A DNA stretch of 63,796 nucleotides, filler included. It is 15 parts of 15 records of this genome, joined end to end, with 100 filler letters (N's around TTAATTAATTAA, not from the genome) between each part and the next. Parts side by side here need not be neighbours in the genome. Positions count along the whole stretch, not along the records: positions 32,129 to 37,777 come from SRR15195285_7614; positions 37,878 to 42,834 come from SRR15195285_7615; positions 42,935 to 47,726 come from SRR15195285_7616; positions 47,827 to 51,442 come from SRR15195285_7621; 11 more parts are not named here. One strand, 5' to 3'. The notes below the pieces were generated by a model. It saw only the letters and a program-made list of their open reading frames with translations, was not told where the DNA came from and did not search any database. This document shows positions 37,565-47,988 of this stretch, one piece after another. The position numbers were made by a program, and so were the translations under genes. Numbering within the stretch: the first letter of the stretch is position 1; the number at the start of each line of letters is the position of its first letter.

Positions 37565-37882
37565 GTCTCAGCGCTCCAGGGTCTCAGTCGAACCGACGCT
37601 CTCAGGCTAGGCGTGTCGGTCCGACACAGTCGGCGCGTGCGTGCTATCGCGCCACGGCCCGGCGCGGCGACGGTCCGGCGTGCTTCCGCTAGCGGCGTGT
37701 CGGTCCGACGCAGCGGCGTGCGTGCGTCGCGCGCGTGCTATCCGGCACACAGCTATGGTACTCGAACTACGGTACGTNNNNNNNNNNNNNNNNNNNNNNN
37801 NNNNNNNNNNNNNNNNNNNNNTTAATTAATTAANNNNNNNNNNNNNNNNNNNNNNNNNNNNNNNNNNNNNNNNNNNNCTGTA

Positions 37883-40800
37883 ATGATTCCAGAGGACGCC
37901 ACGTATTTTGTCTGGGCTTACCAAGGCGTGGACTTGGACAAGGAGCTGGATGCCACACAGGCCAAGGAGCTGGATGCAATCTCTCCCGAGGTCAACTTTG
38001 TCTCGCTGGGCGGATTTGTGTACCTGAAATATGTTAAGTGGGGCGGTGAGGATGGCAAGACAGTTCTGTCGGCGGACGTGTGCAGGGCAAATGCCATCGG
38101 ACTAGAGGGCAGCACCTTCCGGTCCCGTACCATCAACCGCCCCGTATGCGACAAAGCAGATTGCGACCCAGAGTTTCCACACCGCGTGACTACGGCTGTT
38201 GCGTCGCCAGAGCTGTTTGACGGCCTCAGTATCGGCCTTGAGACGGACATATATGCGTTCGGTGTTGTCATGTGGGAAGTTTTCACGCGGCGGCAGGCAT
38301 GGGAATGGTTTACAGGCCACACGAAGGCCAACCAGATCATGAATGCGGTGATGGTTCTGGACCGCCGCCCACGTATGCCTGGCGGTCTGAACCCTCATTG
38401 TGCTAGCTGGATGCGACGCTGTCTGCACGCGGACCCAGTGCGTCGACCGAATATAAAGCAGATCACAGAATGGGTCACTCGCTGCCGAAAGAGTGTTGAG
38501 GAGGGTATGTGGTCGCAAGCCGAGGCTTCTCTTAGCCAAGCCAGTATTAGAGAGAGAGATATGCATGCCGGGGCGGACGAAGCGAGAGGAATGTTTGCGA
38601 ACTGCGAAATCACGAACAAAACCAACGAGCATTGGAGCGAGCGTGGTCAATTTTCGCTGCATAAATCGAAGTTCTCGAGTCGTTTTGGCCTATCCCTTGA
38701 GGTCATGGAGTGCACGCTGGACCAGTGGATGGAAAACGCCTTGGTCGGTGACGAGGACGAGCCTGCACCGCTCGGCAAGCTCTCTAAGATCAAGATGGGC
38801 GGCTTTGGCCTCAAGTTTGAGAGATTGGACCCTTCTGGTGGCAAAGAAAAGACCTGGCCGGTCGTAACGGGCTGTGCCCTCAAGGACAAAGTGGGCTTGC
38901 CGACGATTGCTGCGGAGTTTCCATCCATCGCGCCCGGCTGTCGCATCACAATGATCAACGGGAAACCCACGCCCCCTACGTTCAAGGCCGCCTTGAAAGA
39001 GCTGAAGAAGCGCCCGCTTGCCCTGGAGTTTACAACAGGAAACAAGGAATCCACTAGTATCGGCAGCCCGTGGCTGCGAGCCGGGCTGCAAGCTGTTGAC
39101 GTAGTTCGCAGGCACGAGATGGGACCTGGGTCTCCAAAACAGCCACGCTTGTTCGCCATCGCGGAACAGTATCTTTCTCGCGCCGCGAGTTTTGATGATA
39201 TGGATCTTTCACAGCCACAGCCAGTCCTGTCCGTCCTGTCCGCAGAGGAAAGGAAGGAGAGATTTGCCGAACAATGCCTTGTTCACGCGGCAAGTGAGGG
39301 CCTCGTTCGCTATGCTCGCGACTTGCTCGAGCACTTTAGCCATCTACTGCAGCGTAGCCTCCGCCCGTGGAGCAACACGGGCATCAGTGCATGTGAGCTT
39401 ACCTCTAGCGGACGTGGGGACTTCGAAACGGTCGTGCGGCGAGAGTGGTCGCCCGCAGAGGCCGATCAGATGTGCCGCACTAACTTCCACAGGCTCGCGT
39501 GCGAAGTTGGTACTGCATCACTGGACAGATCTGTGCGGCAGCTCTTCCAAGTTTTGGGTTGTTTTCTTCGCTATCGGGACGCACATGGGCATGAAACTGG
39601 TTACCGATTAGACGATGAGCCGTCGTATCAGAGTCCCACATGCAAGGTCTTTTGTGCGACACGCGTCAGCGCGTGGGAGTCCACTGTCGACATGCGGGTT
39701 GCTGTGAAGATCATTCAAGGCCCAGACGCATCTAAGCACTTTCATCGTGAGCGGTTATCGCGACTTCAAATGCGCAAGCGAAAGCTTGTGCAGACTATTT
39801 GGCGCTCCTTTGCTGTTGAGGACGGGGTGGATGGAAGCCTCAGTCGCGATCAGCTAGCAACTGTCGTGAACCAGATGGGACGACACGCAGATGATGCGAC
39901 GTTAAGGTGCATTGAGGATGAGATTACTCGTCACTCGACTGCTAGAAAGATCGATATGGTGAGCTTTGAGAAGTGGTTCTTCGCATCTGCAAGCAGCGTC
40001 GAGCAGAGACGAATGTACACGCAGCACAACTGCCTTACAGCGCGACATGATGCAGCAGTTGTAGCCATCGAGATGATCGTTCCAAAATCATACCGACTGG
40101 ACCAATACAGTGACATCATCCCCATCCGCATGCACGATGACTGTGGTGCAACGGATTACGTTGTAGTGATGGAACTGGCCAGTGATAATCTTGCGACATT
40201 TATGCTGAAGAACCAAACTGTGGCCGGGCAGAGCATATCTTGGGTTCAGGGCGACTTCAAGGACATGGCAATTGCGCTGAACGCAGTCCATGAGCTCGGA
40301 GTGGTCCATCGTGACGTCAAGCCTCGCAATATGTGCCGGAGTTCGGGCGAGACCTGGAAGCTGATTGATTACGATGCAGCGATAGGTCAGTCAGACCCCG
40401 CAGGCTTCTCTAAGGCCAGCTCTGCGTATGCCCCGCCTGAGCTTGCGCGGCAGATGTTCTGCTCCTGCCCCGGTACCAGCTGCCAAGGCATTGTGGGCTG
40501 TGCAAACGCAACTCAGGAGGATGTCGGCGCTTGTGCCAAATCAAGCTTCGATGTGTGGTCGCTTGGAGTGGTGTTGTACGAGATTTGCTCTGGGCGCCCT
40601 CTTTTCACAAAAAATTCTGCAAACGACACCCTGGTATCCTTTGAGGACAAGGCATCGCTTTGCGTCTGGAACACGATCAGCGATGCTATGCTCGACCCAG
40701 TCTTCCAATCGGTCTCCGAATCAGAATGCAAGTGGAAGGAAGCAGCAAAGGACCTCATTCGGTGGTGTCTCAAAGGTCGACCAGAAGACCGGCCGACAGT

Positions 40801-42382
40801 GAAGGAGATTCTTGCGCACCCCTTCATCAATCCTGTCAAATGCTTCAGTGGTGACTCCGAGGCGTCAGTGCCAATGCCACGAGACCTCCCTGTTCAACCG
40901 GCAGTTCAGATCTCCTGTCGCGCAATGAAATATCACGCATTCATCAGCCATGCGCAGGCGGATGCAAGTGGCACCGCCAGCACCCTTCATCTGGCGTTCA
41001 AGCGCCTGGGGGTTCAAACGTGGCTTGACGTGCAGCAAAAGGACGTCACGTTAGAGGGAATGAAGCAAGGAATCAGAGACTCCGCGGTCTTCATTCTGAT
41101 ACTGACTGAACACGTCCTCGCGCAATGGTTTTGCCAACAAGAGATCCTGACAGCGATACACGAAGATAAGCCGTTTCAGATCGTCCTTGAGGAAGACAGT
41201 CGCTTCTGTCCATTTGATGAAGCTACATGGCGTGACAATTCAGGAGATCGAGACTCTCACGGCAGAGTCGCGCGCTTTGTGAAGAATGTGGTGGGTATCA
41301 AGAAGGAGGTACCTAAACGCATATCTGACAAGATTGACGAGGTACTGGATTGCGCGGACACACCACCAGTGACATACAGGCGACGTGGGTTTGAAGCCGA
41401 AGCAATGATTACGGAGCTGTGCAGTAAGACGCGGATGGGTGTAAGTCTGCCCGCCAAACCAAATCCAACCCCGAAGCTGGACAAGCCGTTGGTTGTCTAC
41501 GTGATCCACAATGCTGAGGGGCAGGACATGTACAGCGTCCTCGAACACGAGCTTCAGCGTGGTGCCATCGAACTGTGTGTCGATGAAGGTCGAATCGCAG
41601 AGGCAGACCACGTTCTATTGCTGCTTACTGCTAAGATACTTCAACAGCCTTCTCTTGGGCAGCTCAAGGCTGTGTTGAAGCAGGATACGCAGCAGCGTTG
41701 CGACCGTTTAACTGCCATCTACAGTGCAGACACGAGGAAACACGGCTGGGAATTTTACTGCGAAGAACACCGTGCTTGCGCCGACTCACAGGTGAAGCAA
41801 GCCCTTGATGATCACGAGGCTCTCATTTTCAAAAAGCTCGACCTTGAATTTGGCGCTCGCAATAAGCACGAATTTCCAGCAATGCTGAGCCACCTGCTTG
41901 AGCAGATTGTTCGGCGCAGCGAAGCACGCACAGATGCCCTCGCTCGATATGCTCGAGATGGCTCAGCAGAGCTGTTTGCACCAGCAGCAGAAGGCGTGCC
42001 CCCAAGTCTTGGAGTTGGTCTAGACGACACCAGTGCAAATTACGAACAACTCTCTGCGATGAAACAGGGAGCGCTGATCAGGCATGCTCAACGTTTGGGA
42101 ATAGGCATTGACACAATTACACAGGCCATGGATGATGCAGAAGACAGTCTAGACTGCAAGTCTGCGATTATCCAGATCATACGTACGAACGCGGTAGAGA
42201 AAGAATCCGCGGAATTAAGAGAAGCACTCGCTCCGATGAAGCTGGGGGCGCTACTCAAACGTGCTCGAGAGTTAGATATAGATCATGAGACGACAGAACA
42301 AGCGATGGACGACGCAGACGACCCAAAGCCTGCCATCATTGAACTCATCGTCAAGGGTGAGGCATCGTCGCGCCATGCTTAA
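37883..42382 (+). CDS. Kinase (C-lobe)-PDZ-like-kinase (EF-hand insert)-TIR-second alpha/beta domain-two helical repeats; intronless, probably 5'-truncated
   Basis: Kinase 1: SPEL, DIYAFGVVMWE, RRP. PDZ-like: PGCRITMING..RPLALEF. Kinase 2: VAVK, HRDVKPRN, KLIDYD, YAPPE, DVWSLG. TIR: AFISHAQ, WLD, GIRDSAVFILILT, WFCQQE. Confidence 0.88.
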   Translation: MIPEDATYFVWAYQGVDLDKELDATQAKELDAISPEVNFVSLGGFVYLKYVKWGGEDGKTVLSADVCRANAIGLEGSTFRSRTINRPVCDKADCDPEFPHRVTTAVASPELFDGLSIGLETDIYAFGVVMWEVFTRRQAWEWFTGHTKANQIMNAVMVLDRRPRMPGGLNPHCASWMRRCLHADPVRRPNIKQITEWVTRCRKSVEEGMWSQAEASLSQASIRERDMHAGADEARGMFANCEITNKTNEHWSERGQFSLHKSKFSSRFGLSLEVMECTLDQWMENALVGDEDEPAPLGKLSKIKMGGFGLKFERLDPSGGKEKTWPVVTGCALKDKVGLPTIAAEFPSIAPGCRITMINGKPTPPTFKAALKELKKRPLALEFTTGNKESTSIGSPWLRAGLQAVDVVRRHEMGPGSPKQPRLFAIAEQYLSRAASFDDMDLSQPQPVLSVLSAEERKERFAEQCLVHAASEGLVRYARDLLEHFSHLLQRSLRPWSNTGISACELTSSGRGDFETVVRREWSPAEADQMCRTNFHRLACEVGTASLDRSVRQLFQVLGCFLRYRDAHGHETGYRLDDEPSYQSPTCKVFCATRVSAWESTVDMRVAVKIIQGPDASKHFHRERLSRLQMRKRKLVQTIWRSFAVEDGVDGSLSRDQLATVVNQMGRHADDATLRCIEDEITRHSTARKIDMVSFEKWFFASASSVEQRRMYTQHNCLTARHDAAVVAIEMIVPKSYRLDQYSDIIPIRMHDDCGATDYVVVMELASDNLATFMLKNQTVAGQSISWVQGDFKDMAIALNAVHELGVVHRDVKPRNMCRSSGETWKLIDYDAAIGQSDPAGFSKASSAYAPPELARQMFCSCPGTSCQGIVGCANATQEDVGACAKSSFDVWSLGVVLYEICSGRPLFTKNSANDTLVSFEDKASLCVWNTISDAMLDPVFQSVSESECKWKEAAKDLIRWCLKGRPEDRPTVKEILAHPFINPVKCFSGDSEASVPMPRDLPVQPAVQISCRAMKYHAFISHAQADASGTASTLHLAFKRLGVQTWLDVQQKDVTLEGMKQGIRDSAVFILILTEHVLAQWFCQQEILTAIHEDKPFQIVLEEDSRFCPFDEATWRDNSGDRDSHGRVARFVKNVVGIKKEVPKRISDKIDEVLDCADTPPVTYRRRGFEAEAMITELCSKTRMGVSLPAKPNPTPKLDKPLVVYVIHNAEGQDMYSVLEHELQRGAIELCVDEGRIAEADHVLLLLTAKILQQPSLGQLKAVLKQDTQQRCDRLTAIYSADTRKHGWEFYCEEHRACADSQVKQALDDHEALIFKKLDLEFGARNKHEFPAMLSHLLEQIVRRSEARTDALARYARDGSAELFAPAAEGVPPSLGVGLDDTSANYEQLSAMKQGALIRHAQRLGIGIDTITQAMDDAEDSLDCKSAIIQIIRTNAVEKESAELREALAPMKLGALLKRARELDIDHETTEQAMDDADDPKPAIIELIVKGEASSRHA

Positions 42383-42479
42383 TGTAATGGTTCGCCTTTA
42401 CCTCGCTTTCATTCGCCCACCTACCAGTTGCGTTCACAACCATGCATTCAGAGGTATTGTGCCGGGAAACTATCAGAAA

Positions 42480-42701
42480 ATGCGGATGGTGCTCAACGAT
42501 GTGGTCATGCCGTACACGTGGTACAACATACAGGAGACCAGTCGGCATACGCCGACACAGACTCTGCAACATCTTGGAATCTACGTCGATTTGCGGCGAG
42601 GTTTATTCCTCGTTCCTTCGGCGAAAGAACGCAAGATTGTTCAGTTCGCCAGGCGGTTTTCGTCATGTGTCGGCCGCGGCCGTTACACTCTTCGATGGTA
42701 G
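42480..42701 (+). mobile_element. Degenerate reverse-transcriptase fragment of a DIRS/tyrosine-recombinase retrotransposon
   Basis: PTQTLQHLGIYVDLRRGLFLVPSAKERKIVQFAR matches the DIRS-type RT C-terminal pattern P.Q...LG...D......P..K..KI. No YxDD nearby. Confidence 0.6.
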
Positions 42702-43279
42702 GCCCCACCCTGTGAAGGGGAGACGTGGTATGTGCCTCGCATGCTCTTAAGATGTTGAGTAGGGGCTAATGTTTGGCTTTATGCTCTTGCTTTTGTCACG
42801 GTTCTAGAGAAGGAGGCTGATATGCTGCTCATGCNNNNNNNNNNNNNNNNNNNNNNNNNNNNNNNNNNNNNNNNNNNNTTAATTAATTAANNNNNNNNNN
42901 NNNNNNNNNNNNNNNNNNNNNNNNNNNNNNNNNNATCCAACCTGGGCATATCGAGTTTGGTACCAATAGGCTCGCGCTGTCCTGAAATTTGTACCTCTCG
43001 AGGCCGTCCTGATTCAGGACCCAAAAACTCGCACTTACTGTAATGATAACTCATACAAATATACATACAAGTGTATACAAACATACGCGCAGTCTCGCAG
43101 CTGGAATTCTGAGATATTAACAGGGCTGCGCGCCCGCGCTCGCGCAAACATGCGCATGCACGCACACTGCATGCGGGAATCCCGCGGGCGCGGCGCGAGC
43201 TGGGACGCGATCGACGACGTGGACGTGGCCGGGACTATCGGTACTTGTAGGGACTCGCCGCCTGTACGTGCACCTGCGA

Positions 43280-46200
43280 ATGACCTCGAAGGCCGCGGTC
43301 GAATGTCGGCTGCAGGGTCTTCTAATGCTGCTACTCGTGGATGCGTCCAATGGGCTGCCAAGGATGGATACTATGGAGCCGCCCCACAACACGACGAGCG
43401 CTGTCGTCGGTCGCCGGGTGTTGGCGGAGGCAAGCACGGACGTCTGCGACCTGACCCATATCTCGCTCGCGTGCGCTAATCCGGGTGATCTGCTGTCAGG
43501 TGACGTGTGCTCTTCTCCGTGCGCCAAAGCCATTGTCGCAGGGTATACTCCATGCACGCAGTCGGTGGCAGCCTGGACTTTGCTCCAGACACTGAGCAGC
43601 ATTGTGCAGGGCTGTGATCCATGCTCCTCCAACCCGTGTGTGAAGGGGACCTGTGTCACGCATTCGGCCGGTCAGACGGCCACGTTTTCATGCAGCTGTG
43701 CTGGTGGCTTCCAAGGACACCTGTGCGATCAGCTCGTCGATGTGTGCGCCTCTCAGCCGTGCCGAAACTCAGCGAGATGCGTACCACTCCCAACGCTGGG
43801 AGGAGCGGCACGCTACCAGTGCACCTGCATCGCTGGGTATACCGGCGCAGACTGCGAGGCGAGCATCTGTGCGTCGCGTCCCTGTGGAAACGGAGGCGTA
43901 TGCATGTCGATGAACGACGGCTACTCATGCAGATGCGCCTCTGGGTGGAGTGGCGCTGACTGCATGTCACCCTCCGACCCATGTGAATCGCAGGACTGTG
44001 GACATGGGCGATGCATAGGGGACATAGCTGGTATCACACCCACGTTCAGATGCTCGTGCCAAACTGGCTTTCAAGGCCCCGCCTGTGATCGAGCAGTTTG
44101 TACTGCCAACCATTGCCAGAACCAGGGAACATGTGTGCCTTCGAGCGCCGGTGCAGCTTGCTCATGCCGTGTTGGGTATGTCGGCACGACGTGTGCCGAC
44201 GCGGTGTGCGCTGGCAGTATGAACCCGTGCGGAGAGCACGGGACGTGCAATGTCATAGTCGATGAAAACATGCACTCGTTGGCGTCGTGCAGATGCTCGC
44301 CCGGCTTCGCTGGCGAACACTGCACAAATTCGGTCTGCGATAGTAGTCCGTGCATGAATGCTGGACAATGCCACTCCAGCCACCCCGCTTCTGCATACTC
44401 GTGTACGTGCTTGGGTGGCTTTGCTGGCAGCAACTGTGAGGTGACAGACCGTGTGTGCGACTCGACACCATGTCAGCATGCAGGCGAATGCTCTGAAGAT
44501 CGCGGCCTACTCGGTAGCTTTACTTGCAACTGCCCTGGTGGCTACAGTGGGTCATCCTGCGAAACTGACGAATGTGTTGAGAGCCCTTGTCGCAATGGTG
44601 GCACGTGCGGACACGGAGCTGCAGGCTCACAGGGAGAAGGTCTGTCCTGTCAATGTGTTCCAGGCTGGGTGGGCGACACATGCGAGTCCGATCTCGACGA
44701 ATGCTCGAGTTTTCCGTGCCTCAATGGAGGCAGTTGTACAGACTCGTCCACCGATCCATCTGTTGCAGTCGGTGCTTTCTCGTGCTCATGCCCATCATCA
44801 CACAGTGGCGACACGTGCAGCTCGCTCGTCAATTTCTGCAATGTGGCAAACCAAGACGGCGCTGGTGAAGAGATTTGTCAGAATGGAGGCCAGTGCATCA
44901 ACACTGACATTACGTACAAATGCGTATGTCCAAATGGCTTTATGGGAGACGCCTGCGAAACCAACGTCTGCGACAGCCAGCCGTGTACCCATGGAGGTAC
45001 TTGCACGGGAATGAAATTTTTCCAAGATACGACCTTTCAGTGCGATTGTGCCCCAGGATTCCACGGTCCAACTTGCGAAACAGATGTTTGTTCCAGCCGT
45101 CCATGTGGCGCGCACGGCAATTGCGCTGGTGACCTGTCAGGGTCCCACGAATCCAGCTACGTGTGTCACTGCACGACAGGATTTTCTGGTTTGCACTGCC
45201 ATGTGCAACACGACCCATGTACTAGCACGCCCTGCGAAAATGGTGCAACCTGTACATTTGATCATCAATCGCCCGATGATGGGTATGAGTGCAGCTGCCA
45301 TTCTGGATTCTCTGGGTCGAATTGTGGTGTCGACGTGTGTTCAAGCCAGCCATGCGAAAACGATGGTGAGTGTGTATCCGCCGCAGATGCCCACGCATCG
45401 TATCATTGCATGTGCGAGACTGGATTCACAGGCTCCATTTGTTCGATCGGCGTTTGCGATCCGAGTCCCTGTCAACATGGTGGAACGTGCAGCGCTGTGG
45501 CAGTCGAACATGATGGACCTGCAGACCATTCGCACACTTACAGCTGTGACTGCACGGCAGGTTTCACTGGTTCTGACTGCGAGGTAGATGTGTGTGCCTC
45601 AAACCCATGTTCTGAGCACGGCACTTGCCATAGAAGTGCCTCGGGATACACTTGCGCGTGCAGTACGGGCTGGGAGGGGGTACGATGCTCCAGCACCGTG
45701 GACGAGTGCGTGTCTAAGCCTTGTAGGAATGCTGGAACGTGCGTAGGAGGTGTCGGAAGCTACTCGTGCAGCTGCCTGGCAGGATTCATGGGCGCGCAAT
45801 GTGAGGTTGACATCTGCAACAGCAACCCATGTCAGAATGCTGCTGAGTGTGTACCATACGCGGATCCGGGTGTTACTTTGTTTGGTGGGCCTGTTGGACC
45901 TGCAACAGAGACATATCAGTGCACCTGCCAGGCAGGCTTCAGTGGTGAGCACTGCGAGAAGTCCCTCTGCGCGCACAACCCATGCAATCACGGTGGGACG
46001 TGCGTGCCAAACAGTGGGTCGGTGGTCTCTACGGATGGTGGCTATACGTGTCGGTGTGCCAGCGGTTTCAGCGGCGATAATTGCGAGGGCGTTTGCGACA
46101 CCTCTACCTGTAATGGTGGCATCTGTCACGTTTCAGGAGACGACTTCGTATGTACGTGCCCCAAGGGATTCACTGGGACGAGATGCGAGGTCAGCCTCGA

Positions 46201-47380
46201 CCCATGCATTTCAAATCCATGTGGCGCGAACGGCCACTGTACCAATTCTGACGCAGGCAACGACTTCAGCTGCAGGTGCTTAGATGGATGGAGGGGCACG
46301 CTGTGTCAGACAGACATTTGCACAACCGACAAACTTTGCGTTAGAGGATCATGTACTGCCAGAGGCTCTTTGGAGTGCACCTGTGAGGATGGGTGGAGTG
46401 GTGATCGATGCGAGACCAACGCATGTGATAGCCTGCCCTGTCTGAATTTTGGGACATGCGAAGCTCAGAACACGCGTGGCTCTAGCCTTCCGTACAAATG
46501 CAACTGTGCAAATGGGTACTCTGGCAGTAACTGCGAACACGATCCGTGTTTCTCTTCGCCATGCCAAAATGGAGCTACGTGCAGTGCACTTTTCGGGCAC
46601 TTCTCCTGCACTTGCTCCACTGGCTATCTGGGGGCACTCTGCGAGACAAATCTAGACCCGTGCGCCTCATCTCCATGCCAAAATGCGGCCACGTGTGTAG
46701 AGCAGACTTCTGGTCGGCTAGAATACGACTGTACGTGCAGTGATGGCTTCGCTGGCATACGTTGCGAGAGAGACATCTGCGTTTCGGACAATCCCTGTGG
46801 AGATCATGGCACGTGCAACGCCGGTGGTTCGACCGGTGTAACCTGCACGTGCGACAAAGGCTTTGCCGGAGAGCACTGCTCAATCGATGTGTGTGCATCT
46901 CATCCGTGTCTACATGGTGGCTTGTGCTCGGCTTTGGACAGCGGCAGTTTCACTTGTGCGTGTCAGTCTGGCTTTGGCGGGGATACTTGTGACGATGACG
47001 TGTGCGCTGCCACGAACGATGCATGTGGTGTGCATGGCACTTGTCAGCCAGCCACACTAGGATCATTTCACTGTGTGTGTGCCCCGGGATGGCAGGGTCC
47101 GAAGTGCGCCACAGACATTAATGAGTGCGAGCAAACGCCAGCGGTCTGCCTGAACGACGGGATATGTCACAACACTGACGGCAGCTTCACCTGCGAGTGC
47201 GCTCATCAGTACTTCGGCACAACCTGCAATTTGGACTACTGCAAGTACGGCGATTCTGCGTACTGTCAGAATGGCGGAGTATTGCCGGGGTGCACGGATC
47301 CACACTTACCCCAAGCATGGGCGTGTGCTTGTCCAGACGGTATCACCGGCTCTCAGTGCGAGAAGCCAGTGAGAATGTAG
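43280..47380 (+). CDS. Secreted protein with about 30 tandem EGF-like repeats (Notch-ectodomain/fibropellin-like), intronless
   Basis: Hydrophobic N-terminus. Repeats C.S.PC.NGG.C....Y.C.C..GF.G..C, some with a Ca-binding signature (DLDEC, DINEC). No TM helix. Confidence 0.92.
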   Translation: MTSKAAVECRLQGLLMLLLVDASNGLPRMDTMEPPHNTTSAVVGRRVLAEASTDVCDLTHISLACANPGDLLSGDVCSSPCAKAIVAGYTPCTQSVAAWTLLQTLSSIVQGCDPCSSNPCVKGTCVTHSAGQTATFSCSCAGGFQGHLCDQLVDVCASQPCRNSARCVPLPTLGGAARYQCTCIAGYTGADCEASICASRPCGNGGVCMSMNDGYSCRCASGWSGADCMSPSDPCESQDCGHGRCIGDIAGITPTFRCSCQTGFQGPACDRAVCTANHCQNQGTCVPSSAGAACSCRVGYVGTTCADAVCAGSMNPCGEHGTCNVIVDENMHSLASCRCSPGFAGEHCTNSVCDSSPCMNAGQCHSSHPASAYSCTCLGGFAGSNCEVTDRVCDSTPCQHAGECSEDRGLLGSFTCNCPGGYSGSSCETDECVESPCRNGGTCGHGAAGSQGEGLSCQCVPGWVGDTCESDLDECSSFPCLNGGSCTDSSTDPSVAVGAFSCSCPSSHSGDTCSSLVNFCNVANQDGAGEEICQNGGQCINTDITYKCVCPNGFMGDACETNVCDSQPCTHGGTCTGMKFFQDTTFQCDCAPGFHGPTCETDVCSSRPCGAHGNCAGDLSGSHESSYVCHCTTGFSGLHCHVQHDPCTSTPCENGATCTFDHQSPDDGYECSCHSGFSGSNCGVDVCSSQPCENDGECVSAADAHASYHCMCETGFTGSICSIGVCDPSPCQHGGTCSAVAVEHDGPADHSHTYSCDCTAGFTGSDCEVDVCASNPCSEHGTCHRSASGYTCACSTGWEGVRCSSTVDECVSKPCRNAGTCVGGVGSYSCSCLAGFMGAQCEVDICNSNPCQNAAECVPYADPGVTLFGGPVGPATETYQCTCQAGFSGEHCEKSLCAHNPCNHGGTCVPNSGSVVSTDGGYTCRCASGFSGDNCEGVCDTSTCNGGICHVSGDDFVCTCPKGFTGTRCEVSLDPCISNPCGANGHCTNSDAGNDFSCRCLDGWRGTLCQTDICTTDKLCVRGSCTARGSLECTCEDGWSGDRCETNACDSLPCLNFGTCEAQNTRGSSLPYKCNCANGYSGSNCEHDPCFSSPCQNGATCSALFGHFSCTCSTGYLGALCETNLDPCASSPCQNAATCVEQTSGRLEYDCTCSDGFAGIRCERDICVSDNPCGDHGTCNAGGSTGVTCTCDKGFAGEHCSIDVCASHPCLHGGLCSALDSGSFTCACQSGFGGDTCDDDVCAATNDACGVHGTCQPATLGSFHCVCAPGWQGPKCATDINECEQTPAVCLNDGICHNTDGSFTCECAHQYFGTTCNLDYCKYGDSAYCQNGGVLPGCTDPHLPQAWACACPDGITGSQCEKPVRM

Positions 47381-47494
47381 GGCGCACGAGGGTTGAAGCA
47401 CAGCAGTAGCGACGTGCAGTGCCAGAGAACGTTTCGGGTCTTTATGTATACTCCATGTTACCGTCTGCGCTCAAGTGTGTGAGTTCTGGATGAT

Positions 47495-47726
47495 CTAGTA
47501 CTCAGACTCAGTGTCTTCTCCAAATACTTCGACCTTCTTGCGACCCTTCGTCCCGTGGTAGGCATGCAGCTCGTGGGTAGCCAGCGTGCCGTGATCGACC
47601 AGAGGACGGAAGTGGTTGAAGCAGCCCCTGACGTGATCTTTGTAGATCTTTTTGTTCATTTCCGATTTCTCCAGGTTCTTGTTCCCGGCCATCATGTTCG
47701 CGAAGACTCCGTGAGGCGTACCCTTG
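47495..47726 (-). CDS. 3' end of an unknown truncated gene
   Basis: Frame open from the contig edge to TAG; protein-like composition. Confidence 0.4.
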
Positions 47727-47903
47727 NNNNNNNNNNNNNNNNNNNNNNNNNNNNNNNNNNNNNNNNNNNNTTAATTAATTAANNNNNNNNNNNNNNNNNN
47801 NNNNNNNNNNNNNNNNNNNNNNNNNNAACGCTAACTTGAGCGCGACCACGAGCAACTAAAACTGAGAGAGTATCGCGCCAGACCGCTGAATCGCGTGGAG
47901 TCC

Positions 47904-47988
47904 TATGTACAGGGAGTGCGCCCCAGGTCGGCGCGCACATACAGTTCAATATGTACAGGGAGTGCGTCCCAGGTCGGCGCACATACAG
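47904..47988. repeat. 46-bp tandem duplication
   Basis: TATGTACAGGGAGTGCG(C/T)CCCAGGTCGGCGC(GC)ACATACAG at 47904 and 47950. Confidence 0.9.

Noticed and set aside
42935-43060. Possible transposon end upstream of the EGF gene
   Set aside because: Impression only; no second copy, TIR partner or TSD in the window.
47904-47988. CRISPR-like repeats (also 15821-15879)
   Set aside because: Only two adjacent copies, no spacers, no cas genes, eukaryotic context.
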